DNA from: Mobula hypostoma
Lineage: Eukaryota
NCBI RefSeq assembly: GCF_963921235.1
Contig: NC_086108.1
Coordinates: 19,654,001-19,718,000 of the forward strand
Reading direction: 5' to 3'
DNA: 64,000 nt
Both the position numbers and the translations under genes were made by a program. This document shows positions 1-12,056 of this stretch, in pieces (the first letter of the stretch is position 1; every line of letters begins with the position of its first letter). The notes below the pieces were generated by a model. It searched no databases. It had not been told where the DNA came from and saw nothing but the letters and a program-made list of their open reading frames with translations.

Positions 1-1116
1 CCTTTGTAGTTTTGGTCGTAGGCAGCGGTTAAGTCAGAACACTTAGAAAAGGCCAATTTTAATTAACTCTTCTGTACTTGACTGTTACCCTGTTAGGTTT
101 CTGTTGTGCATAATCTTGCTTAAAATATTTGAGAGCACTTGAGGTGCTTGAGACTGGCAAAGCAGTGCACTGAAAAGCAGGAAGTGGTTTTGGGTGAGTG
201 GCCTTCTCAGCTAACATGGTGTGAATGGCCCGTTTTTGTGCCACAAATGTCTGTGCTGTTAACTGATGTGATTCCTGAGAGCTGTGTATTTCCTTCGGTT
301 TGAAGATGAGGAATTTGGGGAGTGAACCCTCTCTCGATCTCTTAGTGTACTGAAATTAGTTTTTCAGCCCACCATTTCACTTTGACCACCGGCTGCCTTT
401 CTACACTGATCCCTTTTATTAGCACCAAGTCAGTAGCCTTCTATGTCAAGGTGATTCAAATGCTAGTCTCTATATTTGTTAAATGTTGTGATTGCCTGCA
501 TTTACCATTTGCTCAAGTGTGGTCAGATTCTAACCAAAGATGGTGGAAAAGGTTCTTCATTAGATCTGCTCTGTTTTGGAGAACTTTCTTAATATACAAA
601 GGGCAAGTACAATTTTATTGAAATGCAAGAGAAAATCTGCAGATGCTGGAAATTAATGTGTTGTGAAAATGCAAGGGATTTTTTTTACATTAATTGTTAT
701 GTGCATGCTGAGAAATATGCTGTTATGCCACTCGTACCGGAGCAAACTGTACTAAGTAGGTTTGAAGAGTTACTACAGAACTTTCTCCCATTCTTGAATG
801 AGTGTCTGTTGTCCTATCTGGGACAGAAATGAGCTCGGTAAGGCTAATGGAATTTCCGTTGGTTTATTTGTTAGTAACTATGGAGTTAATTTTAGCAGGA
901 AAAAACCCTGCTTGGTTATCTATGAGCAGATAATGAGGTGTGAACCCAAATTCATTCTCTTTTGCCACATGTGACGGTTGGGGTGGGTGGTTGGTGGCAC
1001 ATAAACAATTTGTAGCATCTTGTAAACTTGCTGTGGTAAACTAATTCAGAACACAATGTAGACCTTTGAGATGGTCATTTTAGGGTATTTTATTGTGAGG
1101 AGAGAAATATTTAAAT

Positions 1117-1319
1117 TTGTTGTTAAGTCGAGTCCAACTCTTCGTGACCTCATGGACTGTAGGGTCCATAGGATTTTCATGGCAGGATAGGGAAATAGAT
1201 TGCCAGGCCTTTTCTTCACAGATACTGCTGCTGCCCAGGTTGGGACCTGACTAGGTTTGAACTCAGGGTCATCTGCCTTGAAGTTCAGTTCTGATACCGC
1301 TACACAACCAGCGGCCCAG
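1117..1319 (-). mobile_element. tRNA-headed SINE with RTE/BovB-like (Bov-A/Sauria-like) 3' tail
   Basis: The minus strand has A-box-like TGGTTGTGTAGCGG and B-box GAGTTCAAACC, and ends ...CAGTCCATGAGGGTCACGAAGAGTTGGACTCGACTTAACAACAA. Perfect 9-bp TSD TATTTAAAT at 1108-1116 and 1320-1328. Confidence 0.8.
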
Positions 1320-1334
1320 TATTTAAATACATAC

Positions 1335-1710
1335 CAGTACTGGGGATTGACTCCAGTGCTGCAGACACTGGCTTTACCAGCTGCATTCCTTTGGAGTATG
1401 CAGGCCTCTCCTTCACATGTTCTACCAGTGCGTTGTCACCAGTGCAATCTTCTATGTGGTGGTGTGCTGGGGCAATGGCACCAACATGGATGATGCCAAC
1501 CGGCTCAATGAACTGATTAGAAAGGCTGGCTCTGTTATAGGAGTCAAACTGGACACACCAGAGGCTGTGGTAGAATGGACCCTGTGGAAAATCTTGTCAT
1601 TTCTGGGCACTGTTTTTCAACCTCTGCTTAGCAGAACAGAGGAGCAGTTCTAGTAATTGACTAAGACAACTGTGCCATTTGAGGTCATTCTTACCCTCGG
1701 ACATTAGGCT
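1335..1710 (+). mobile_element. Rex1/Babar-like non-LTR retrotransposon 3' RT fragment
   Basis: ORF 1417-1653 MFYQCVVTSAIFYVVVCWG...RLNELIRKAGSVIG is homologous to the ORF at 25806-26396. Confidence 0.7.
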
Positions 1711-1711
1711 C

Positions 1712-2990
1712 TAAAGTGGAAAAGGGTGGCTAAAGTGAACGTAGGTCTCTTGGAGGATGGTGGGGGGTGCGGGGTGGAATTGATACTGGGTAATGAGGAA
1801 ATGGCCGAAGCTTTGACTATTTTGTGTCAGTGTTCACAGTGGAGGACATGTCTAACATTCCAAAGAGAGATGATTTGGATGCAATGGGAGGTGAGGACCT
1901 CAATACAATAGCTTCACTAAAGAGGTAGTGCTGAGCAAACCTGTGGGCCTAAGGATCGACAGGTCCCCTGGTCTGGCAGATTGGAAGAAGGTGAATGTCA
2001 CGCCACCGTAAAAAAAAATATGCTGGCAAAAGGCAGGTAACTACAGGCCAGTTAGTTTAACATCTGTAGTTGGGAAATGTTTGAAGCCATCATTAAGGAA
2101 GAAATAGTGAGGCACCTGGAAAGAAATGGATCATCAGGCAGATGCAGCATGGATTCAGCAAAGGCAAATCCTATTTGACAAACTTACTGGAGTTCTTTGA
2201 GGATATAAATGAGTGCAGTGGATAGAGGGGAACAGAGGGACATTCTTTATTTGGATTTCCAGAAGGTGTTCGGTAAGGTGCCACAGAAAAGACTTGTCCA
2301 TGAGATAAGGATGCATAGAGCTGGGGATGATGTATTAGCATGGCTGGAGGATTGGTTAGCCAATAGAAAGTAGAGAGTTAGGATACATGGTTGTTTCTCT
2401 GGTTGGCAATCAGTAGTAAGCGGTATGCCTCTGGTGGGTGCTGGGCCCGCAACTGTGTGCAATATACATTAACAATCTGGAAGAGGGGACTGGCTGTAGT
2501 GCATCTAAGTTTTGCTGATGATACTAAATTGAGTGGAAAAGCAAATTGTGCAGAGGTTACTGAGAGTCTGCGGAGAGTTGACTGAGTGGACAAGGGTCTG
2601 GCAGAAGGAGTACAATGTGAGTAAATGCGAGGTCATCCACTTTGGAAGAAAAAATAGAAGATCAGATTATTATTTAAATAGTAAAAGATTGCAGCATGCT
2701 GCTGTGCGGAAAGACTTGGGAGTGCTTGTGCATGAATCGCAGAAGGTTGGTTTGCAGGTGCAGCAGGCTATCAAGAAGGCAAATGGAATGTTGGCCTTCA
2801 TTGCTAGAGGGATTGAATTTAAGAGCAGGGAGGTTATGCTGCAACTGTACAGAGTACTGGTGAGGCCACATCTGGAGAACTGTGTGCAGTTCTGGCCTCT
2901 TTACTTGAGGAAGGATATACTGGCTTTGGCGGCAGTGCAGACGAAGTTCGCCAGGTTGATTCCAGAGATAAGGGGGTTAGACTATGAGGA
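1712..2990 (+). mobile_element. CR1 LINE ORF2 (RT) fragment, decayed
   Basis: Motifs YRPVSLTSVVGK, QHGF, LDFQK, FADDTKL and RPHLENCVQFW are spread over frameshifted ORFs. Confidence 0.92.
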
Positions 2991-3300
2991 TGGTCTCCCA
3001 ATGCCTACCCATTTCAATTTGACTTCCCATTCCCATTCTGACATGTCTGTCCATGGCTGCTTTCACTGATGAGGCCACACTCAGGTTGGAGGAGCAACAC
3101 CTCATTCCATCTGGGTAGCTTTCAACCTGATAGCATGAATTGATTTTTCTAACCTTTGGTGATTTTTCTCTTTTCTGCTCTCTTTCATACTGGTTAACCT
3201 CATCCCTTCTCCCATCAACTCCTTCTGGTTGCACCCCCCACCTCCCCAGCATTTTGTGTGTTGCTCAAGATTTCAAGCATTTGCAGAATTTCTTGTGTTT
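2991..3300 (+). mobile_element. Penelope-like element 3' fragment (GIY-YIG endonuclease C-terminus plus pLTR remnant)
   Basis: LPMPTHFNLTSHSHSDMSVHG...DEATLRLEEQHLI...LGS.QPD.MN is typical of the PLE endonuclease end. It is followed by the ccagcattttgtgtgttgctc...gcagaatt terminus shared with the hairpin elements. Confidence 0.7.
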
Positions 3301-5294
3301 TGACTGCCAAGAATGTCATACATGCTTTAGAATGTATGAAAGTCATAATAAGCTCTGCTGTGTTTTGTGTTGTGAGTGGAAATTGCCAGTCAGTAAAAGT
3401 CAGAGGAAATGAGGGGTTTATAATGGTCATGCCTTGGAGGGTTGGCTAAGACTGGGTGATTGTACCACCTTAGAAAGCAAATGAATCGCCTTGAGTTTGG
3501 AGTTGTGATCTGCAGTTAATGGTGAACCAGTAAGCCACAGGAACCATCTTTGAGGAGGTGAGGCTCATTGAGGGTAGTGGTGGAGAAAGAAAAAATGAAT
3601 TCACATTTGGTATAAGGTGATTTGTTATTTCCTGGTATGTTTCCAAGTACTTGCCAGCTGAATCAAATGATCAAATTTAAACCCAGGGAATGTGTTTGCC
3701 TTGCTTTCCTGTAGGCAACCATTCCAATTGTCAGTTCATTTCTGACTTTCAAGTTGGTTCTATAGGTTTGTACAATGATGTCCTCACAGATGGGTAAAAC
3801 ATTAGCTGGGAAATTGCATGCAGAAAGTAGTTGTGAGTGGTGGTTTCTGGACTGCATGGAAGAGCGTAGATCCCCACGGATTGGTACTTGCACCACTGCC
3901 TTTGGTGCACTTGGACAAGTTGGACGTGATTACTGTATATGTTAATGTAGTTCCCAAATGTGCAGCATGAACAGGGGTTGAAAGGAACAGGCTTGAAGGA
4001 TGTTGGGAAATCTGCCATGGGCAGACAAGAAGGCAAATGTTGAGAATGGTCATAGGGGTGGGGTGGGGGTGGGAATGAGAAGAGGAAAGTAGGGCCAAAT
4101 GGAGAACATCAAGAATCTGCTCCTGTTGGTGGATACATTGATTTGGGCCTGAGGAGATGCAAGAAAGAGAATGGTAGGCAAAAGAAATAGTGATGTGAAA
4201 TAAAAAAAAACTTGTGTGCAGTGATTGAGTAGTTGCTAGTGGAGGCAGATTCAGTTGTAGCATTCAAAAGGCTTAAGTTTGAAGAATTTGTGAAATTGTA
4301 TCATCTTAACAAAATTTGAGTGTATCAGGATCTTGGCTCAGGATCATGATGTTATCAAACAACGTTTTAAGTAAATGGGAACATTAATTTGGACTTTGTG
4401 TACTTCATGAAGCATAAAGTGACCTGGATACAAGATGTGTGTTGCAGCACTGTTTCACTGGCTACAGACCTGAGAGGCTCCTGAAAGTGGCAGGGTGTGA
4501 CAGAGCTTTGCTTTTGGGTGATCGGGGGTGTGGGGTGTGCCTTGCAATTGCAACCTTGCTGCTTGATTGTAGTTTAAAAATAGGGGAGGAAGAGGGCGTT
4601 GACAATAGCTTGTACTTAAAGATACTTCTGACTGTACATCACTGACTTTGTGGTTCCCAGCTCCGATAGAAGCAACTACATTGTGGGGGTGGAGACAGGA
4701 GACAGTGGGATACACAAGTCCTGATGTCAAGCATTGGTCGGGAGCACTGAGATCTGGCACGTTGAGTGGAATTCTAATAAGTGACATCTGGTCCTGGGTA
4801 GCAGGATATTTGGATTCTCTATCTTCAGTGTGAAGGAGGGTGTGGGATAATCAAAGGAAAAGACTGAAAATAGCTAGTCTTGAGAATCTATTGTTAGCAG
4901 GATTGTTTTCTTTTCCCCCTTAACTACTGGATCAAAGGGGTGAATTTGAGGTTTCTTGGACATAATGAACTCGATTTGCAGAAGGTCCATGGGACAGAAT
5001 GATTTATGGTCATCAAGTGGAACAGCTGTACTTTCCATCTTTCCCTGCTGTAATGTTGTACTGTTATGGAAAAGTGGTGTTCTCCCACCTGGAGCTGAAT
5101 CTTAGAAGTCCCAGTAACATGGATCTTGCGTGTAAATATGACAGTGATTGGAGCTATCAAATGCATTATAACAATACCCTCACAAACACTTGCTTAAATG
5201 TTTTTGCTTACATTTCACCCTTAAAGGGAGAAAGGATTCTGCCACTTAGTCCCACCAGAGTTAGTTATCAGTAATATTTTTTAGGTTTTTAGGT

Positions 5295-7680
5295 TTAAGC
5301 TGTTGGGGAGAGTTTAAACTATATCAGGGGTATGGTAGTTGGAGTGATGGGGCAGATGGTTGACAGGCAGATGCAGTGTGTAGTGAGACTGTGAGGGAGG
5401 CAGATGAGAGGGCAAGATTAGTTAGTGGGATGAGTTGAAGTGTAACCTGGGGGCAAAATCATAAAGTGAAGACTACAGGACTGAAGGGGTTATGTTTGAA
5501 TGCACGTGGTATACAGAATAAGGTAGATGATCTTGCAATGCAGTTAGAGGTTGGCAGGAATGGTATTGTGGGCACTGAGTCATGGCCGAAAAGATTGTAT
5601 TTGGGAATGTAACGTAGCACATGCATTGTATTGATAGGACAGACAGGCAGGTAGGCAGAGGGGGGGTGGGGTGACTGTTGGTAAAATTAGAAAGTAAATT
5701 CTTAGAGGTGACATTGGATCTGAGAATGTAGAATCTTTCTAGGTAGAGTTAGTAAATTGCAAGGGTCAAAAGTTATATACAGGCCTCCGAATAGGAGCTA
5801 GGATGTGGAATACAAATTGCAGTGGGAGATAGAAAAGGCATGTGAAAAGGGCAATGTTATAATAGTGATGGGGGATTTCAATATGCAGGTAGATCAGACA
5901 AATCAGATGGATGCTAGTTCCCAAGAGAGGGAATTTGTAAAATGCCTATGAGTTGCTTTTAGAGTTGTTTGTGGTTGAGCCCACTAGGGGAAAGGCAATT
6001 CTGAATTGGGTGTTGTATAATAAAACAGATTTGATTAGGAAGCTTAAAATAAAGGAAGCTTTAGAAGGCAGTGATGATAGTATGATAGAATTCACCCTGC
6101 AGTTTGAAAGAGAGAAGATAAAGCCAAAAGTAAAGGGAATTACAGAGGCCTGAGAGGGAAACTGGTCAAAGTTGATTGGTAGGGGATACTAGTAGGGATG
6201 ATGGTAGAACAATTGAGTTTCTGGGGGCAATTCAGGAGGTACAGATAGAAACAACTCAAAGATGAAGTATTCTAAAGGGAGGGTGAGGTAACCGTGGGTG
6301 ACAAGGAACGTCTAAGACAACATATAAGCAAAAGAGAGTGCATATAATTTAGCAAGAATTAGTGGGAAGTTGGAGGATTGGGAAACTTTTAAAAACCAAC
6401 AGAAGGCAACCAAAAAATCCTTGAGAGAAAAGATGAAATATGAAGGTGTTCTACCCAATAATACAAAAAAGGATACGAAGTATTTTTTCAAATGTATTAA
6501 AAGAAGGGAGAGCGGATATCAGCCTGCTGGAGAGGTAGTAATGGGGCGGGGGGGGGCGCAAAGAAACAGCAGAGAAACTTAATTCGTATTTTGCGTCATT
6601 CTTCACTGTGGAAAACTAGCAGAATGCCAGAAGTACGAGACTGTCAGGGGGCAGAAGTGAGTGTAGTTGCTATTACTAAGGAGAAGGTGCTTAGGAGCTG
6701 GAAAAGTGAAGGTAGATAAGTCACCTGGACCAGATGGATTACACCCCAGGGTTCTGAAAGGACTAGCTGAAGAAATGGTGGAGGCATTAGCAACTATCTT
6801 TCAGGAATCACTGGATTCTGGAATGGTCCCGGAGCACTGGAAATTGTAAATGTCACTCCACTGTTTAAGAAGGGAGGGAGGCAGAAGAAAGGAAATTGTA
6901 GGCCAGTTAGCCTGACTTCAGTGGTTGGGAAGATATTGGGGTCCATCATCGGGGTACTTGGTGGCACGTGATAAAATAGGCCTTAAGAGGAAATGGTGCT
7001 TGACAAATTTCTTTGAATTTGTGGAAATAGTGAGCAGGGTACACAAAGAAAAACTCAGTGGATGGTGATTATTTAGATTTTCAGAAGGCCTTCGACAAGC
7101 TACCACATGAGGCTGCTAAACAAGAGCTCATGGTATTACAGGAAGGATAGTAGCATTAATAGAAGTTTGGCTTACTAGGAAGAGGCAAAGAGAGAAATAA
7201 AAGAGGCCTATTCTGGTTGGGTGATGGTGACTCGTGGTGTTCGGCAGGGGTCTGTGTTGGGACTGCTTTGTACATTATATGTGAATTACTTGAATGACAG
7301 AATTCATGGCTTTGTGACCAAGATGGGTGGAGTGGCAGGTCATGTAGAGGAGGCAGAGAGTCTTCAGGACTTGGACAGATTGGGTGAAGAAGTAGCAGAT
7401 GGAATATGATGTTGGGAAGTGTATGGTCGTGCGCTTTGGTAGAAGGAATAAATAGGTGGGGACTATAAATAGGATAAAATTCAAAGATCAGAGGTGCAAA
7501 GTGACTTGTGAGACCTTGTGCAGGATTTCCAAGATGTTAACTTGTAGGTTAAGGCAGTGGTAGGGAAGGCAAATGCAATATTTGCATTCATTTTATGAGA
7601 ACTCAAATATAAAAGCAAGAATGTAATGGTGAGGCTCTATAAGACATTGTCCTGACCACATTTGATGTTTGTAATTTTGG
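5295..7680 (+). mobile_element. CR1 LINE, long decayed copy (APE endonuclease plus RT)
   Basis: LNAR, YRPPN, IVMGDFN, VEPTRGKAILNWVL, DKSPGPDGLHPRVLK and QGSVLG motifs with many stops and frameshifts. Confidence 0.9.
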
Positions 7681-8482
7681 GTATGTAACACAGTGTCACT
7701 CAGTGATGCTGAAGTGAGATTGGATGGGGGTTGATGGGAAGATTGACAATTGTGTGTTTGTATCTGTGCACCACAACACTGATGATTTTTAACATTGTGC
7801 ACATTAAATGCATGATGAATTCTTAGTGATTGAATGAGTGTCTGGTTAGCTGACAACATTTTGTGTAGGCACAATCATGGAAACAAAAAGGATTATGGGT
7901 GTATATTGAACAGGGAGGAGAAGTGAATATTGAGCAAAACTTAATTTGTTCAGCGACATCTTAAAATGTGAGCAGTTGTCCACTCATGAACAGTGAGACA
8001 GTGTATTATATATTACTTGTCTTCTCCCATTCTGCCTTTAACAAGATGTTTCAGATTTGTTTATTTGGAATCTCAGTATTGAAGATGGACTTTGAAATAA
8101 AGAAAGCGTGTTTTCTTTTGTGCATGTATCAGGAATCCAGCCTGTCTGGTTGAAGAGTAAAATTAACATGCAAATTGGGTAATACTTGTCCAACAGGAAA
8201 CTGCCAGACATCTAGCGTCAAAAGTAACCACACACTTCATTTGACTCATCACTTGATGGTAGCTTTCTTGATCACATGATTAGAATTTTAAATACTTATT
8301 AAATTTCATCACACTACCTCCACCCACCCTTTTACCCATCTTCCCTTCACTAAGGAAGGCTAAGCAGGCATTTTGCACCTGACCCTCTAGCACATATCAG
8401 AATTGGGTTTATTGTCACTCACATATGACATGAATTTTGTATTTTTTTGCAGTAGCAGACAGTGCAATATATAAAATTGCTA

Positions 8483-8547
8483 CAGTACTGAGCAAAAGTC
8501 TAAGGCACCCTAGCTATATATATGTCTAAGACTTTTGCACAGTACTG
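8483..8547. mobile_element. 65-bp Tc1/mariner-type MITE
   Basis: TA|CAGTACTGAGCAAAAGTC...GACTTTTGCACAGTACTG|TA: 18-bp near-perfect TIRs with a TA duplication, next to a LINE-like 3' tail (8396-8480, minus). Confidence 0.75.
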
Positions 8548-9068
8548 TACATACCTTACCTGTGTGCTCACTGACCTACACTACGTCAGGTTTTGGATCA
8601 ATCTCCTTTTGACACAGTTGAATTGGAATCAGTATCGGGCATCCTGTATGTATCAGGTTGAATGACTTCATTGTTGTTGACTATGCCTGCAGATGCCAAG
8701 GCTGCAACCACTAACTTCCCTAATCCCCTGTGTTATTACTTCCATGAAGGTACAACTTAAATTTACCCCTTTATCAATTTTTGGTAATTTTTCCTGGTAA
8801 GCTGGCATTAAGCACATAGTATAATACTTCACTGTTAAAGATGCAATAAAAAAGATTGGAAACTTAAATTCCATCATTTTACTTCCTAGGATCCAGTTGA
8901 CTAGTATCATAAATCTGTTTTGTAGGTAGTGGAATTGATGAGATTTTGAAGCTGCATGCAAAAAATTAATTTTCTACCATTAGGAGTGGGAGAATTGCAA
9001 AAGCTTGTCTAAGATCAGAAAATGAACTTTATGCACTTGTGTTTTAACAGAGCTTTCTTTTGTCTCAG

Positions 9069-9150
9069 CATTCCAGTGCCGTGACTCCTCTCAGCCGTGT
9101 ATGAATGGGGGGACTTGTGTAACGCACCAGAATGGTACTGGAGCTTGTGC
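9069..9150 (+). CDS. notch2: Internal coding exon (exon 2) of a Notch receptor, first EGF-like repeat; best match NOTCH2
   Basis: Acceptor ctttcttttgtctcAG and donor GTAAGT flank 82 bp (phase 1/2) reading (A)FQCRDSSQPCMNGGTCVTHQNGTGAC(A). This aligns without gaps to human NOTCH2 [28 protein letters not shown] as I recall it; the NOTCH1 equivalent is one codon shorter. No other exon was recognised in the window. Confidence 0.9.
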
Positions 9151-9251
9151 GTAAGTAAACCTGTACTTTATTTCTCTTTGTTATAGACTTGGTTCATTTC
9201 ATGGTTGCTGCTCGTGGTCACAGAAGGTTGCAAATTGGCTCTATTCCCAAT

Positions 9252-9349
9252 TTGCATTAATTGCTGCGTGTGTGCGCGCGCTTCCTGTCCAACGCAACTT
9301 GCATTAATTGCAGCATGCGTGTGTGTGTGTGCTTCCTGTCCACTGCAAC
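9252..9349. repeat. Tandem duplication (~47-51 bp) just downstream of the Notch exon
   Basis: TTGCATTAATTGC-(alternating purine/pyrimidine)-GCTTCCTGTCCA..GCAAC occurs twice (9252-9298 and 9299-9349). Confidence 0.85.
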
Positions 9350-9519
9350 CAAAGGGGATAAAAATAACCTCCACTCTGCAGTTTACTGTGTTGTGGTTGT
9401 GTTTCATAGGCAAGTCATAAGATGCACTTCAGTGTGTGTGCCGAGAGGATCATGGAAAGATTGATTCCTCCTGATAGTTAGGATTCAAGTCCCAGCATAC
9501 GTTAGTGATTTAAAAAAAA

Positions 9520-9805
9520 ATTTATTTATTGAGATACTCACAGAATAGGCCATTTTAGCCCTTTGAGCTATGCTGCCCAGCAATCTCTCCTCCCCCGCCC
9601 CCATGATTTAATCTTAGCCTAGTCATCGGACAGTTTACAATGACCAATTAACCTAGCAACTGGTTGTGGTAGAAAACCGGAGCACCCAGAGGAAAACCAC
9701 ACAATCACAGGGAGAACATAGAAACTCCTTTCAGACAACAGCAGGTACTGAACCTGTGTTGCTGGTACCGTAAAATGTTATGCTAACCACTATGGTACCA
9801 TGTAC
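9520..9805 (-). mobile_element. V-SINE (HE1-like tRNA-derived SINE)
   Basis: Reverse complement of the V-domain (GGTTTTCCTCTGGGTGCTCCGGTTTTC), a tRNA-like head near 9800 and an AATAAATAAA tail. Confidence 0.75.
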
Positions 9806-10094
9806 TCCTTGGTTTGCACCTTGATGCTGGATCCCAACCTGTGTATGTTTCAACTAGCATCCTTTGACTGATGAGGCTAAATTGGCACCTGGTTCATGAA
9901 CATCTGGGTTTTAACATCCATGTTCTCAGAATTAATTTCCTTCCAGGCCTTTCAAAGTTACGTCTCTAATCTCCTCCAACTATATTCAGATCATTCTTTA
10001 CAGTTTTATAGTTTTTGCACTGATGCTGTAGCCCTTTGGGTGATGTGACTGCAGCTTTGCTGTAATACATGGCACCAAAATAGACTCTGCCCTC

Positions 10095-10282
10095 GTTGTC
10101 TGCGTCCCTCTGTGACCACACGTTTCCTCCCGATGCTTTGGTTTCCTCTCTCAGTCCAAAAGATTGACCAGTTGGTAGGTTAATTGGTTGTTGTAAGTTG
10201 TCCCGTGATTAGACTAGGGTTAAATCAGGGGAAACTGAGCTGTGCAGCTCCAAGGCATGTTACACGCTCCAGCTCAATAACT
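10095..10282 (+). mobile_element. V-SINE, 5'-truncated
   Basis: GTTTCCTCCCGATGCTTTGGTTTCCTCTCTCAGTCCAAAGA V-domain followed by the same tail as other copies. Confidence 0.65.
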
Positions 10283-11976
10283 AAAGAATAACTTCAACCA
10301 GCCATTCGAATTGATGGTATTTAATTTAACAATGTTTTCCAGGATCACATCCTTTTTGCACAACAAGGAATGTGATCTCTCTCAAATTCTGCAAAGTTCC
10401 TAATGGTTTATTAAAGTCTGTCTCTTTGGGTGTCCTTGGAATTGGTTCTCCTCTCTACTGCTACCTTATTTAAGGTGCTGCTACAATGCCACTTTGGGTC
10501 AAGCTTAATCTTGTATCTGATCTTCTGCCTCCTCCTCTCCTCTTCCCCCCCCCCCCCACCCACCTCACCATGTGCCTAATTATCGCTTGATTTGGTTAGG
10601 TAATTTTTGCCAAATGTGTACAACACCTTACTGTGTCTGTGATTCACGTGATATATAAACTCAGCAAAGCTATAGATGAAAATTTAATGTTAGCATATTT
10701 AATTCACATCAAGCAGAATTGTGGAAAGAATCAATAGCATACAATGCCTAATACCTCACTTCCAATAACTAATCATCTTGACATATCTTGCCTTCACCTT
10801 GGCTTTTATTGCCTCTTTGTCCTTTATGCCGAGTATATTACTTGTGAAGAGAGGCCATGGTTAGGTGGATGAACACAGTAGCCAATTGTTACACAGCAAG
10901 CTTTGGCAGCCAGAAAGATGAATGAACTGGTTAGATTGGATTTCTGCATTATTGTACTCTGACTGGAACATCAGCTGGCAGCCCAGCACAAGGACAGAAG
11001 AGAGAATCCAGTGGGGAGGCGTGCTGCTCCATGGAGCAAACGTGTAGGAATTGTGCGAGTGTTCACAGTGCTGAGGGCTGCCTTCGCTCTGTGGGTAATG
11101 GATATTCCCTGAGATACAGACAGGGCTTGTATTGTTCCTGGGGGAACAGCAGATTGAATAGCAGGGTTGACTAGCCCTGCTGAAGAAGTTTTGTTTGAGC
11201 GAATGACTCTTGTAGCTACTTTGTAATTCGTATCTGCACAAGACCATTGCTTTTGTATGTCGACCTGGATTTGTCTCCCTTTTTGTCACAGACTTTGAAG
11301 AGATGAGATCATTCAGAGTCTTTTCAGGCAGCTTGCTTCTATGGAGCTAGTGGTGTTTTTCTTTTAACAGTTGACAGACTTCAATTAGGATTTAAAATTG
11401 CCCCCCCCCCCATCCCTACTCAACTCTTTTCAGATGTTCACGTCTGCATTTTCTCATTGGTTCATTGAACAAAATTAAGGAATAAGATTCTGTGGATAAA
11501 TATTGCTTCACACTCCCCAAAACATGTAGGGAGTTGTAACAATCCCAGCAATGCAAAGATATTGCTAGTTTGCTTGATGCAAATGAAATGCCTCTTGAAC
11601 TGTTGTATTATTGTGACATGGGAAATGTGGTATGAAAACTGACTCGGTGTAATTTCCCAGCAACGGACCCCTGACATCCTGAGTCTTTCTATTTGTGATG
11701 TCCGATGTATGAACACTGACATAGATATCACCAGTGCTCATCTTCAAAATATGTGTGCTGCATCTAGTTGAGGGGGTATGAGGATTTTGCTTCAACACTC
11801 TATCCAAAAGATGTTGCTTTTGAACTCTGGCAAACCATTATCCCCACCTTAGGTGATGGCCTTGATTTTGTGTGTTTTCCTGTGGTGTTTCACCTTAGCA
11901 ACCAAATACACTTTGGGATGATCATTCTCCATATGGGACATTGTTATCACTGTGGCTCAGTACGTTTGGAGTAGAC

Positions 11977-12056
11977 CAGTGGTTTTCAGCCTGGGCTCCA
12001 CAGACCTCTTGCTTAATGATATTGGTCCATGGCAGAAAAAGGGTTGGGACCCCCTG
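11977..12056. mobile_element. 80-bp hAT (Charlie-like) MITE
   Basis: TIRs CAGTGGTTTTCAGCC / GGTTGGGACCCCCTG; 8-bp TSD GAGTAGAC / GAGAAGAC (7/8). A related copy lies at about 19753-19815. Confidence 0.7.

Noticed and set aside
2533..3069. 178-aa ORF fusing the CR1 RT C-terminus to a Penelope endonuclease fragment
   Set aside because: Chance in-frame read-through across a junction of two decayed elements; neither domain is complete.
9868..9890. Other CTGATGA boxes (also ~3067, ~27137, ~55544) as hammerheads
   Set aside because: No correctly placed stem II plus GAAA and no supporting helices.
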